A stretch of 64,000 nucleotides of DNA from Antedon mediterranea (GCF_964355755.1 NC_092672.1:24255237-24319236), one strand, 5' to 3'. Positions 14,101 to 29,100 are shown, counted from the first letter of the stretch. Notes: a model not told the origin generated them from the letters alone. Numbers and translations are program-made.

Positions 14101-17100
14101 CAAGTGACTCTACTCGTAAAGCTTTCTGGCGTTTTGTTAGAGAACGTAGAAGATCACCAGCACCGTTATCTTTTAATATTAATGGTGTGAATGTTTCGTC
14201 ACACCCTGTAATTGCTAGTTCATTTAATGATTTTTTTGTTTCTGTTTTTAACTCACCCATAATTCCCAGCTGTGAACCTCCGGTTTGTAATGTCCCAATC
14301 CCTGAACTTTCTCAACTTAACTTTAACGTCTCCAATGTTGAGAAGGTGATTAATGGACTTTCATCTAATAAATCTCCAGGTCCTGATTCCGTGCATCCAT
14401 ACATATTGAAATCTGCTTCCGAATTTATTGCTCCACCATTATTTAATTTGTTTAACTTGTCCCTGCGTATGGGGGAAATCCCCGCTAAGTGGAAAATGTC
14501 CCATATCACTCCTATATTTAAATCTGGTGATAAAAATGCAATTTGTAATTACAGACCAATATCCCTTACCCCTATTTGTTCGAAACTGCTTGAAAAAATA
14601 CTGTTTTCAAGTATATCTGATCACGTTGCTTATAATTGTCTAATTACTGATGTCCAGCACGGTTTTTTCCCCTCACGTTCCTGTGTTACCCAACTTACCA
14701 ACCTAACTCATTCCTGGGCATCTTCGCTAGATAAAACTAAAGCCCCCAGAATTGATGTTATCTTTCTCGACTATGCCAAAGCGTTTGATAAACTGCCTCA
14801 CCATATTATTTTAAATAAGCTGGCTAGCCACTTTAATATCAGAGGCAATGTCTGGAAATGGATCAAGTCATTGCTATTGGGACGTTCCCAAAGAGTCTTG
14901 TATCAAGGATCCATTAGCCCATCATCCCCAGTTACCTCTGGTAATTTTAATGCAATGAAAAATTTGACCCCAAAATGACAGGAAGTGGCATTATTAACCT
15001 TGACACATACTAACGGACAATTTGACTTTTGACCTTCTCATCTCATTACCGAATAGTCGTACAAACTTAAAATTGGGCTTAACTTGTTCAGAAGTTATAT
15101 CTGTATATTATTTGTTGTAATGAAAACCTCTTTTTTTTTAATGACCGGAATTGACCTTCAAATTCAAATTCAAATATTCTTTATTCATCCTCAATCATGA
15201 AAATATACAACAACACACAGCTGTTTCAACCAATGTAAAATAAATAGAAAAAGTCAAGCGCCCTCAATATTGTCAGACGGCGATATGTGCCTGAGCGTGA
15301 CGCCGCGCGAGTGGTTGAATCTCGTTCAACTTTCGCGACATTTGCAACTTTTATAACTACACTTTAAATTAATTTAATCAATTTCGTCATAAATATTATA
15401 AAACCATTTTTATACTATTTGTTAGAAAATAAGATTTTTAATTACCGATTTTTTGGAAATAGTAAGTAATTAAGCATAACACCAAGTTTACGAAATTATT
15501 TACACCCGGAAGTTTTAAAAATTAACATCGATCGGCCTAGCAAATGTAAACAATGGAAAGTTTGAAAAAATGCTTGTCAAATTGTACACTTTTTGTTTTT
15601 ATTCGTAATTTTCATAAATACTTGGAAAATCTAGGTAAAAGTTTGATTATATATGCTTACATGAGACATTGAATTGTTAGGAGGTGACGGTGAAAATCTC
15701 AAGAAATTTTCATTTAAAAACTCGACTGTTTTGTTAAATGCGAAACAGCGTATTTGGCGAGAGGTCGATGAACGCGGCTGATAACCGCTCGCTAGGCTGT
15801 ACGCAACTAGGCCTAGGTTGTAGCTAGGCCTAGTTGGTACGTATAAGTAGTGTAATCATGCTATACATCATTTTAATTTACAATAGATTAAATAATAAGC
15901 TTAATTATTATCATTGTATTTATTTCAACTGAATATAATTCATCATACATGTAAAAATTTAGTAAAACTACTAACTACCAGGCCAGGCCTAGCTAGGCCC
16001 TTCAAAATTAAAGCCTATACAAAAATACTCAAACTACTGTATGATAAATATAATATAAAATTAAAGGTTGGTAAAATTAAAATTTCTTTTCATTTTTGTA
16101 GGCAACACAGTTTCACGAAAAGGCTTTAAGTTCTACTTGCTTCTGTTGTGGAACAAAATTTAAAGAAAAAGATAAAAAATACAATTTAAAAAATATGAAA
16201 ACCATCACAAATTTGCACTAAATCTAACAAATGTAAAATTACAACCTATATACATTTATACAACCTGCCATTCGCGAATTTTCAATGGATACTGTATACT
16301 ACCACGCTAACATTTAAATTAACAGGGCATGGACCAAATTGCTTGGCATGCTACACTTCAACAACAACTATGACCTGGGCCAAAACTACATTCACAAGTG
16401 AAAGAACACACTGGCGTTTAAGGGAACAGTTTTTTGTCTGGTACAGCTGCTCCATAATCTGCTTTTCTTATATCTTCACTCTTTTTGAAAGTTTATACTA
16501 ACAAATTTAATTAAATGAACATACCTCATAATCAAATAACTGTTTTCTCATCCTAATTTATATACATAGTTTAAAAAGCGCCAATTTTCAATTAAGACTA
16601 CATCATACATTGTATATTTCTATTCAACAAAATTGTCAGAACTTTCTATTATTTAAATGTCTAAGATAGTCCGATCTCGGGTCCATTCTACAGTCACCAC
16701 AGATTGACTTTTTCATCACAAAATTTCTGAAATTATAAAATGTATTAATGTGTCAATTAAGTATTTTTTAATTACATAAAAAATATCATACAAGTATTTT
16801 TAGCAGAATACAGGCATATTGCACCAGGTGTAATACAGCCTAAGCTACATATGCTTGAGCACCATGCTATTGCATTCATGAGAGAATGGAAGGTGGTCTC
16901 TGAGCAAGGCGGGGAGACATGCCAAACTCAACCGTCACAAAACAGCAGTGTGGATTAGAGTCAAACTTAGACTCATCTGACTTTCACATCTCCAATGATA
17001 CAAAATGAAATAATAAAACCCAACAAATGCAAGAAAGCCAACAAAGAATGATTCATTAACATTAATGATCATAAAATATTGTACATTTTTAAATGTTAAA

Positions 17101-20100
17101 GGAATATTGCATTGTATTGATTTCCTTTTAACAATGCCTAATAATAATGAATATGTAAAAGTAATACTATAGTATGTCTATATTTCAATTACTAACTAAT
17201 TACTATTGATTGATAGTACTACTGCTGTACATGTGTTAGTGATTGATTGTTAAAGTTACAAATTCATAGCATGGTAAACACAATTTAAAATTTACTAGTT
17301 CTTGAACAGTAAAATAAACTTACCTATATGGTAGGTATAGGTATTGGTCCAAATCTGTTTAAAATGTTTTAGCCATTTTGGGTTGCCGCTATATATGTAC
17401 CTAAAAAATAGTAATAGTATAACATTATAATAAGAATTAATTAAAATTAACTTATTAAATTTACTATGGTTGCATACATACTAATTTGAATATGCAGTGA
17501 TGAGCAAAAACAAATGTTAAAATTCATTATTTATAATAATTGTAATTATTACATACAGGGTAGGCATATATGCCTTATGTCATTGCATAGGGTATATATA
17601 ACCAGGTATCCTCATAATAAACATTATTTGTAATAAATACTGTAAATATATTAAAAATAAAAATTAATAATAATTAAATAATAATAATATATAGGCATAG
17701 AGCCTCTATGCCTAATTAGGTAGCCTACTAATACCTAGCCTATTGCTCTAGGCTAGGCTAAATAAGCTGGAAAGCTGCTTCTCTGTAAGCTACTAGTGCA
17801 AGAGAGCACAGGTCTAGCTAGTATATTAAAATAAAAATAGGGCCTATAATATAGGCCTAGCCTACCCAGCCAGTGGTAGTGATTGGTTGTTAATATTGAA
17901 AATTAATAGCATGGTAAACACAATTTAAAATTTACTAGTTCTTGAACAGTAAAATAAACTTACCTATAATATAGATGGTAGGTATAGGTATAGGTCCAAA
18001 TCTGTTTAAATGATTTTTCCACTTCCGGTTGCCGCTATGTACCTAAAAAATAGTAAAACATTACTATAAGAATTAATTAAAATTAGCTTATTAAATTTAA
18101 TATGGTTGCATACATACTAATTTGAATATGCAGTGATAAGCAAAAACGAATGTTTAAATTCATTATTTATAATACTGTAATTGTAATTATTACATACAGG
18201 GTAGGCATATATGCCTTATGTCATTGCATAGGGTATATATAACCAGGTATTCTCATAATAAACATTATTTAAATAAAATACAGTAAATATATTAAAACTA
18301 AAAATAATAATAATTAAATAATAATATTTAGGCGTAGAGCCTAGACCTAATTAGGTAGTCTACTTATACCTAGCCTATTGCTCTAGGCTAGGCTAAATAA
18401 GCTGGAAAGCTGCTTCTCTGTAGGCTGCTAGTGTTAGAGAGCACAGGTCTAGCTAGTATATTAAAATAAAAATGGGGCCTATAATATAGGCCTAGCCTAC
18501 CCAGCCAGTGGTAGTGATTGATTGTTAATATTGAAAATTAATAGCATGGTAAACACAATTTAAAATTTACTAGTTCTTGAGCAGTAAAATAAACTTACCT
18601 ACTGTATATAGATGGTAGGCTGCTAGGTATTGGTCCAAATCTGTTTAAAATGTTTTTGCCACTTCGGGTTGCCGCTACAGTATGTACCTAAAAAATAGTA
18701 AAACATTATTATAAGAATTACTTAAAATTAGCTTATTAAATTTAATATGGTTGCATACATACTAATTTGAATATGCAGTGATGAGCAAAAACGAATGTTA
18801 AAATTCATTATTTTTAATAATTGTAATTATTACATACAGGGTAGGCATATATGCCTTATGTCATTGCATAGGGTATATATAACCAGGTATTCTCATAAGA
18901 AACATTATTTAAATAAATACTGTAAATATATTAAACAAAAATTAATAATAATTAAATAATAATAGGCCTATATAGGCGTAGAGCCTAGCCTAATTAGGTA
19001 GCCTACTTATACCTAGCCTAATTGCTCTAGGCTAGGCTAAATAAGCTGGAAAGCTGCTTCTCTGTAGGCTGCTGCTAGTGATAGAGAGCACAGGTCTATC
19101 TAGTATATTAAAATAAAAATAGGGCCTATAATATAGGCCTAGCCTACCCAGCCAGTGGTAGTGATTGATTGTTAATATTACAAATTAATAGCATGGTACA
19201 CAATTTAATATTTGCTACTTCTTGAACAGCAAAATAATCTTACCTATATAGATGGTAGGTATGGTCCAAATCTGCTTAGCCACTTCAGGTTACTGCTCTA
19301 TATATTATATGTATCTACAATAGTATAACATTAATAATTATTATAACAATTTTATAAAATTAACTTAACTTATTAAATTTAGTATGATTGCATACTAATT
19401 TGAATATGCAGTGATGAGCAAAACCGAATGTTAATATGATGCTTGTCATTATTTATATTGTAATTATTACATACACTTTACAGGGTAGGCCTATAATATT
19501 CCCTATTGCATACATGTTACATAGGGTATATATAATCCTCATAATATTAAATTTACAGTTTTTGTAATGAATACTGTAAATTTAATACAACTAAAATTAA
19601 TTATAATGATTAAATAATATTAAAAATATATAGGCCTAGGCGTAGATCCTGGGCCTAATTTTAATTAGGTAGCCTACTAATACTAGTATTAGGCTAGTAG
19701 GCTAGCCTACTCAAGGCCAGGCTAACTAAGCCGGAAAGCTGCTTCTCTGTAGTAGGCTGCTAGAGAACACAGGTCTAGCAAGGGCCTAGGCCTAGTATTA
19801 AAATAAAAATAGGGCCTATAGTATTGGTATATGCCTAGCCTACCCAGCCAGGCCTAAATAATTCAAATAATGTAACATTTCCAAACTCATTTGGGTCAGC
19901 TGTCACATGAAAGGCAGTGTTGCAACTAGAGTAGACACAAGCCTAAGCCTAAAAATGACACAATTTGAAACGGCCATAGCTCAAAAATTCAACCATCACC
20001 TCTCGACCATTACTATGTTATAACATTCACAGATAACTAAATTATCATGCAGTACCAAAGAATTAGAGTGAAAATTAGATTTTTTAAAGATACGGACAAA

Positions 20101-23100
20101 CAAACATGTACCTAATTTGGAAATGTCACTCACGTGCGTAAATTGGTATATGCTTGTATTTTATGGTCCACCCTTCCATTAATTTTCAGCGTTACATTCC
20201 TTGTTAAAAACAAAACGACAACGTGCTTGTTTCATCCAGGGACTCTTTAATGAATATTCATATTTTTACCGACCCTTTATTTTTTTATCTCATTCTCATT
20301 GGCTGTTTAAAACATGTCTTTAAATGACATTTGACTCCACTCTGCACACGTGGATTTGTAAGTAATTGTTTATGTATTGTTACTCCAGCGATACGACTTG
20401 TAACGTTGAGGGCGCATGACTTAATTCGTATGTTTGAAACAGCTGTGAACAATATATGAGAACATAAAAAAGATGAAAAGGAAACACATAAAAACTCAAA
20501 AGAGCTTGATTAGTTGTGTCCCCCTACGTCCCTAACTAGCCTAAAAAACTAAAACATAAATAATTAAAAAGCTAAATCCTGCAACAAGTATTATTTTTTA
20601 AATTATTTGTAAAATGATAATAAATGTTCTTTAAACCATGATTTAAATATATATAATTATTGATTTGGTACTTTGTAGTTCGTAATTCAAGTCATTCCAC
20701 AATTTGGGTCCCACACATGACACAGTAAAACTAGTAGAAGTACGATTACGTTTTCTGAGTCTCATTTTGTCTTTAGATCTTGTATTATAATTATGGTAAG
20801 AACCATTTTTAATAAAGAGCGATGAAAAACGCACGTCCTGATTAGTAGTAACATTATACATGAAAAGCCCAATTTGGTACTTATTGATATCCGCAATTTT
20901 AAGAAGTTTAAATTTATAGAAACATTCAGTCATTGAATCATTAAACTTTGACCATGTTATAGCTCGTAATGCCCTTTTCTGGAGTTTAAATAACTCATCT
21001 AGATAACTTGGAAATGTGCTACACCATATTATGTTGCAATAATTTAATACTGGTTCAATGAGTGATTTGTATGTTGTCCAGAGAGCATAGGTTGGTAAAA
21101 AATGTCTTACTTTATATAGTATGCCTACATATCGAGATATTTTCCTAGCTGTAACATTGATGTGGTTCTTATATGTGAGAAATTCATCAATATGTACTCC
21201 AAGAAATTTAGTCGATTTAACTCTATCTATTCTTTTATTGTTGACATAAATATTTACATTCTCTAAATTACTTGGATTTCGCTGATTGCGGAAAATTATG
21301 TAATTAGTTTTTTTAACGTTGATTGATAGTTTATTGCACATGAACCAATCCGAAACATTTTTTAGTTCACCATTTATAACTAGTTCTATGAGCGTATCCA
21401 AGTTTTTGTGAGATGCAGATATGTTTGTGTCGTCAGCAAATAAAACAAAAGATAACGAGTTTGAGCAATTAAATACATCGTTAATGTACAAAATAAAAAG
21501 TAGAGGCCCCAGAATTGAACCCTGTGGTACACCGCAATTTATATCCATCAAACACGAACTTGTGTTATCAATAGACGTAAATTGTTTCCTTCCACTAATA
21601 TAGTTTCTAAACCATTTAAGGGCCGTGCCTCTTATGCCATAGTGTTCCAATTTTTTAAGAAGTATATCATGGTTGATGGTGTCAAACGCTTTTGACAAAT
21701 CAATAAATAGTCCGATGGTATTTTTTTTCTTATCAAGCGCATCGGTAATTCGTTCAACCAGATCTATAACGGCCATAAAAGTAGAACTGTTTTTTCTGAA
21801 ACCATATTGTGCATTATTAAGGATGTTAAACTTTGTGATATAATTATTTACTCTAATTTGAACAATTTTTTCAAGAATTTTTGAAGCGGTAGGCAGAATA
21901 GAGATCGGCCTATAATTACTGACGTCACTTTTATTGCCAGATTTAAAAATTGGAACTACTCTAGCTACTTTCATACTATCAGGGACCATGCCTGTCTCAA
22001 GAGAGGTTAAAGATATGTACAAGAGGAGATGCCACAGCAGCAATAATATGTTTTAGAATGCGATTACTTTCAACACCTTCTGAATTTGAATTTTTGATTT
22101 GACTAACTATTTCAATGACCTCTTCTTCATTCGTAGGATTGCAAAATATAGATTGGGATTGACTCTCTTTCATATTATTGTTTAAAGTCAGAATTGTTTA
22201 CATTTGGTATTTTGTTTGCTAATTCATTTCCAATGTTGGAGAAGAAGTCATTAAAAGCATCAGACATACCTTTTTGGATCACATACCAACGTTTTATTAC
22301 TATGGTTAATTACCTCATTTGGCTTAACACTCGATTTTTTTCTATTTAGAACCTCATTTAAAACTGTCCATGTTTGCTTTGAATCGTGTCGAGCTGCATC
22401 CAGTTTTTTGGAATAATATTGTTTTTTCCGAATTCTAATTAAATGAGTTAATTTATTTTTGTACTTTTTATATATATTTTTTAATAATTGTGTTGGGTTT
22501 TTAAGGTATTTTTTATAAAGTTTATTTTTCTTTTTTATTGAAATCAAAATTCCTGTTGTGATCCATGGTTTTTTCTTTGTTTTACCATTTGGCTTATTAC
22601 TTTTTGTAGGTATGTTATTATCTATGAGATTGGATAGTTTTATAATAAATAGGTTATATGATGTATTGGTATCTGTGCATAAATATAGTTCACCCCAATC
22701 CTCATTAGAAATAGCAATAAGCAAGTTATTTAATGTTTTATCATTAATTATTTTTTGTTTTGTAATTGGAGCTTGTGTGTTAGTATTTAATGACAAGTGT
22801 GTTGTCATGAAAATGGGTAGATGATCGGTAATGTCAGTGACTATTACTCCACAATGCGAAATGTTATCATCATTTGTAATAATATTATCTAAAATTGTAG
22901 CAGAAGACGATGTTATTCTGGTGGGTAAGTTGATTAATGGATTAAAAGATGTTGAGTAAATAATGTTTGTGAATTCCTGTGTTGTTTTTTGAATGTCATA
23001 TTTTAATAAGTCTTGATTAAAATCTCCTAAGATATAGCAGTTTTTGTTTTCGCGATTAAGTTTATGTAAGATTTCTTCTAGATCAGAGTTAAATGAGTTG

Positions 23101-26100
23101 ACGTTTGAATTTGGTGGTCGATACAACATACCTACAATAGTATTTTTGCCGTTTGTGTTTATTATTTCTAGAAAAAGTGAATCAATGGAGTTATCATTAA
23201 ATACAAAATTATCACGTGTTACGGTGTTGATTTGTTCTTTTAAATATAGACAAACTCCACCACCGACTCTACCTTCTCTATTACAAGTGTACATATTGTA
23301 TCCATTGATATTTAATAAGTCAATTGGCGTGTTCTTATTTATCCAGGTTTCCGAGAAACCAAGTACATCAAACGCACGACCTATGGTATCTAACATAATG
23401 CTAATAGTCCAGTCCCTAAGGGGAAATGATATTACCATAGTGGATACAAGTGTGCCCTTTGGCATGTTGATAGAACATGATATGGAGATACCAAAACAAA
23501 GTTACTGGAAATCTGATTTGACCTCTGTGAACTCTGACCTCAATTTTTATATTTCTATCTTAAACAGCCATATCTCCGCAACGGGTTTGACAATTGAAAT
23601 GATATTGGTGTCAAATAGATCAGAGGGTACATATTTATATTCGCTCTAATAGAACTTTTTTAAAAAAAACGACAGGAAATGTAATTTCTCAATGTTTTGA
23701 CCTTTGACCTCGGCTTACTATATCTCAATAACTACTGGTCAAAATTTCTTGAAATTTGTTTCAAATTGTTAAGAGCATACATATTTATATATACTCTAAT
23801 TAAACATGTTCTTCCAAATCCACAGGAAATGTCATTTACTGACCTTTGACCTTTACTGTTTAAATATGTCTGTATCTTTGTAACCAAATGTCATAAAAAG
23901 TTCAACTTGGTGTCAAAATGTTCAAAATGTAAACATTTATATTAGCTCTAATAGAAGATGTTATCATATTTTTACTGGAAATGCCAGTTTGAGGTATGAC
24001 CAGGATATACTGTTAAGCGTGCGTGTGTCATACTTATAATAATATACCTAAAATATAGATTTAATGAACCAGAACTACATTCAATATCCTATTTAGCCTT
24101 TTACAATTTTCTTAAAACTTAATGTTTAATTTAATTTCAATATATAATTCCATCGCATGATAGGCCTACACCGTAAGAACAACACTTAATATCAACAAAA
24201 AATTAGATAAACTTAAAAGTTAAATAACATTAAAAAAAAAAAATCAGGATCTTAAAGAAAGAAAAGAAGAATTAACCAATGCGATTTGATACTCATAAAA
24301 CATATGACCTAATTATCAATTAATTGCTTGAAGTATGCTGCAAAAATAAAATGTTTGAAACAGTGAGGAAAAAGCGAAGAAAAGAAAAACATACGTTTAA
24401 AATATTAGAAATCTGAAAAGGATCGAAGACAAATTAATTACAAAGCTGATTTCTTTTCAAGAACATACTGTAGTGGAATATAAAAGGAAAACAAACCAGT
24501 GAGCAGTCAAAATTACCATCTTGGCTTCATGAGGCAATAACACATCCAGCTCATAACACTATACAACAAAATCTTTGAAACCAGAAGAAATTAAGAGAAG
24601 CAATGATAATTATACTTTAATCCACAAAAACATGACAAAACTGACATCAACCATTACCGACCAAACGAACATTATCACATGTACACAAATAATTTACAAA
24701 AGTAATCAAAAAACAAAATCAGAGACCGACTAGAAGTAAATAAACCAATATATAAGGCTTTTATACAGTAGGACCATCTTATACAGTTTGTCAATCAACT
24801 AAAATAAAAAGGAAATGAATATCACCAAATCTTTGATTTAGAGATTATCAGAAAGCATTTGACTCAATAAAACAGGCATTACCATATTAGAGGGAAATAT
24901 TATACCTCAACAAATATTGATTACGATCGTTCAAAGAGAAGTTAAGGTAGTAAGACAAGGCGACACTTAAGATCTTCACTGCATTGGACGAAGAGGTGTT
25001 TAATCAAAGAGCTAATCTAAAAAATAGAGTAAATATCACTTTAAAGACAAAATAAACAGTTAATTTAACCAAAATCACAATAGTGGCGTTCACATCGAAC
25101 TATGGCTAGTTAATTTAAGTAGATTATCTACATGATCTCGCCATAATTTGGATGTGAACGCTCAATTATGTCCGGATGATGTTTTTTTTTTTTGGATTTA
25201 GAAGTAAATCCAAGGATGGCCAGTTATTTTATGAGGGTAATCCAATTAACAACCCATTACAAACAATTGCCATAATTCTGATAACATTACAATACACCCA
25301 TCCTCTGGGACTTATTTTCAAATGTAGCTAAAAACTTTCCAGTACAATTCCGGTCATTTTGATGTGTATAGATGCATGCAGTAGCATTGGAAAAGCGAGA
25401 GAGGGGGAGGTGGTTGGGGTGATGGAAAGACACATATTTTTTACATGTTTGTCTACACTTAACAAAAAGGTGTGATGTGCCCAAATATGGTAGTGATATG
25501 TCATTCATCGTGTCCATGGGCACATCACATTTTTTTGTCGCATAAAAATGTTATAGTGTAGACAGAGTTTAACATTTGTGTAACATGTAACAAAAATATG
25601 TGTCTCTCCATCCACCCCAACCCTCTCCCCTCTCTCGATCTCTTTTTATAGATTATTAATTGCTAAATATATGCAAAACGATGGGTCATAGCTCAAAATG
25701 ACATTTCCAATTGAATTCTGACAAAATATTTTGTTTGAGCAAATATAAATGTGTATATTCTAAACAATTTGACACCAAACTGAACTTTTTAGGACAAATA
25801 GTTACCGAGATATTGACATATTCAAACATTAGAGGACAAGGGTCAAAAAAGCTTAATTTATGGTAATTTTTTGAAAAAAGTTTCTATTAGACTAAATATT
25901 AGATTTATTTTCTTAACATTTTGAGCCCATTCTCAAATCTCTGAGATTGCGTGTTATTGAGATATTAGGCAATCAAGGTCAAAGGTCAAACTGAAAAATA
26001 AAGCCTTTGCGGCCATTTTTGTACAATTATTTTCATTATAGCGAATATAAATATATATCTTCCAAGTATTTTGAAAAAAAAATAAATGTAAAATGTCCCT

Positions 26101-29100
26101 GCGTTGTCAAGATATGGCGATTTTTAGTTATATAATAGAAAAATATAAAAATTGAGGTCAGAGGTCACAGAGGTCAAATCAGATTTCCAGTAACTTTGTT
26201 TTGGCATCTCCACACTATACTCTACCAAACTGCTATACTGAAAAATTTGTATCCAGTCTGGTAACATCCCACCCCTTTTTCTCCCCTTAGGGACTGGACT
26301 ATAATTTCGTCGAAGTGTTTTGGAAGACTACGTGCATTCATGCAAGATAGAAAGAATCACAATAAAGCACACGCACCAAACAGTTAATGCAGTCTATAAT
26401 GTATACAATAGTTAAAATTCTGGTTTCAGGGCAAAAACAAGAAATCTCACAATTTCACATTTAATGTAATACCACACGGTAAATTAGGTGGAATGCAGTT
26501 TGTTGAGATCGGAAAATTTTGTTACGACAATCTTCTTATTATTCTTAGTTAGTACATGTATGCGTCCATCTTGGGTCCAGACTGCGGTCAAGGCAGAATT
26601 ATCCTGGGTTTTGATGGTTCTTAACAATTTCATCCTTTTCATTGTTAGGTTCTCGTGTATAAAGGTATTGGTACCTTTCAGTTTTCTTTTTGCTTTAAAA
26701 ACTTCATTCCTTTTATTGTATTGAGCGAACTTCACAATAACTCCCCGGGGCTTGCCGTTACTTGGTTTCTTGGGGCCTAGTCTGTGACTCCGATCAATGT
26801 CATTATGATTCACCGTAAGGTTCATCTTAGAACTAAATAATTGTGTAACAATATTATCGGTATTCTCACCTACTTTCTCCTCCAGTCCGTGTATCACCAA
26901 ACAGTTCCTCCTGGAATATTGTTCACTTTCATCCAGTGATTCCCTAATGTCCTCGATTTCCTGTTCCATTTTCTTCATGCGATTATTCGACTCGTCAAGT
27001 TCAAATTTGTGTGGCTTTACTAACAATTTGCATAATATGCTCAGCCATTTGGTCCTTGATCATCGATGTTATTTGTTTCGCTAAGTTATCCAATATGTCC
27101 GATTTGCCATCAAATAAGAGTTTCAATTCAGATTGGATAATGCCAGCGATTTCCTTAGAGTCTATGTCGCAATTGGACTTATCTAACTTATCTTCAAGGC
27201 AAGGGATGCCTTTTCCTTCAGCCTCTTTTTGGTTACGACGTGGCCTGGCTGCAGGCGAATCGTCCTTCTGTCCTCCTTTTGGCTTACCACCGCCCATGTT
27301 GCGGGCAAATAAAACACTGGAATCGAGTAAACAAAATTCCTTGAGGTAAATGAACAATAGTAAACGTAGGTTGCCACTATGTGTAACAATGCATTCAGCT
27401 GGTGTGACACGTGAAATGTTTGATTTCCAGGAGCGATTATTCGACACGTCTTACTCGCATCGCTTCTCTTGTTCAATGACCTTTGACCCTGAACTTAAAT
27501 AAATGTATAATTTTTGGTCTAGAGACATACAGTACGATTGGGCTTAAATTATTCCGAAAGTATAAATTCATATTTAATGCAATGAAAAATTTTACCCCAA
27601 AATGACAGGAAGTGGCATTATTGACCTTGACACATACTAACGGACAATTTGACCTTTGACCTTCTTATCTCCTTACTGACTAGTCGTACAGACTTAAAAT
27701 TAACCTGACTAGTAGCCGCACTTGTAATCTGGCCTCATTTCACAGCATTTGTTCTGCTTCACTGGGCGCTTATATAAATTGAAACTTTTACCGTTCAAGA
27801 GACAAACAAATATATTTTATATTTTTTACTATTCATTTTAAACCCGGAACCCTCCTTTAATTATACTAAGCACTTCTGTGTCAGATATAAATGAGATACT
27901 ATAATGGGAGGTGGTAATTAAGAGATGAGGTCTTTGGTATTTTTAGGAATATAGAATTACAAAGTTTTACAAATTTATGAAAAATAATCACTAAATTCTG
28001 TCTAATTAGGTTTGTATCATAAAAATATTCATCATTATTTTAACATGAGGTGTATTTTTACTTTCTTTACCGGGATTAATTACAGAATGTATTACTTCTC
28101 ATTTTTTATGTTACATTTAATCTGATTGAATTAATTAGTTTTGTAGCATTTTTTTCTTTGAAATTTGACAGTGCAGTAATAATGTTGCTATACTTTTTAT
28201 ATCTTAAGATATCGGAACATTTATGAATTTGTTAAAGTTTATGCTTATGTTTACTAAATCTATTTAGGTGGGGTGGTTAGATTCCTTCTTGTGCTTACAT
28301 ATTTTAACGTTGTCGCTACACTTGGTAGGGCTGGTTCTGGAGATGTACCGGTATATATTTTGTTTTATGCTTCGAAGTATAATAAGTTAAATTTCCGGGA
28401 CATAGCAACTCTATTTTTCAAAATGTTCTTAGCTCCACCCCAACCATGGTGGGCTGGTCCTGTAGACCTATAATTTTGTTTCATATTTCAATTTTTTGTG
28501 CTAAATTATTGGTAATTTTGAACATAGTGATGACTTTGTAGTCGTGTCATCCATAGTTATTTTAGTGTTTTGTTTTTTTCTTGAACTGCAAAAAGTATAA
28601 AAAAATGTATCCAACATTAGTATAGTTTAGACCAATCAGTTTGAGAAAGATAAAAGCAAAATACACCTATATCTCTAATTCAGTATGAATGGTCAGGAAC
28701 GTCAACCTTATTTAAAGTTAATCATAATCAATTATTTTTGAAATAGGTAAATGATCAGAGATGTCTGAATTGTAATACCTGATAAATATCAAAATTGGTA
28801 GGCCTATTGGTCTGTGTAAAAATGATCAATAAGTTCTGCATTAGTTTTTGTAATTCTCGTTGGTTTAGAAATCGTAGGGAAAAAGTACAATAGTTGATAA
28901 GATGATATAAAATAATTGTTAATTAGATTATGCTTATTAAATTTGATTAAAACAATGTTGAATTCTCCCACAATACTACAAAATCTTCATGATCTAAATC
29001 TTGAAAACAATTAATTTATAATAACAGCAAAATGTTCTATGTTATTAGATTTGAGTTGATTTGTAAACAAAGCCAATTATAGAATTCTTTTTTGTTTTAT

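Larger units (their letters stand above)
15159..27476 (-). mobile_element. Full-length CR1-group (CR1/Crack-like) LINE interrupted by two DNA transposons
   Basis: ORF1, APE-RT ORF2, AATAAA plus (TTTGAA)n tail at 15159-15186 on the minus strand; 7-bp TSD tgacctt at 15152-15158 and 27477-27483. Confidence 0.88.

Noticed and set aside
15216-20447. RAG-like/ProtoRAG transposon suggested by CACAG termini
   Set aside because: TSD is 4 bp rather than 5 bp and no RAG1- or RAG2-like coding sequence was recognised.
22558-27349. Plus-strand ORFs 22558-22824, 23044-23649, 26488-26724 and 27011-27349
   Set aside because: Antisense shadows of LINE ORF1/ORF2 with no recognisable motifs.
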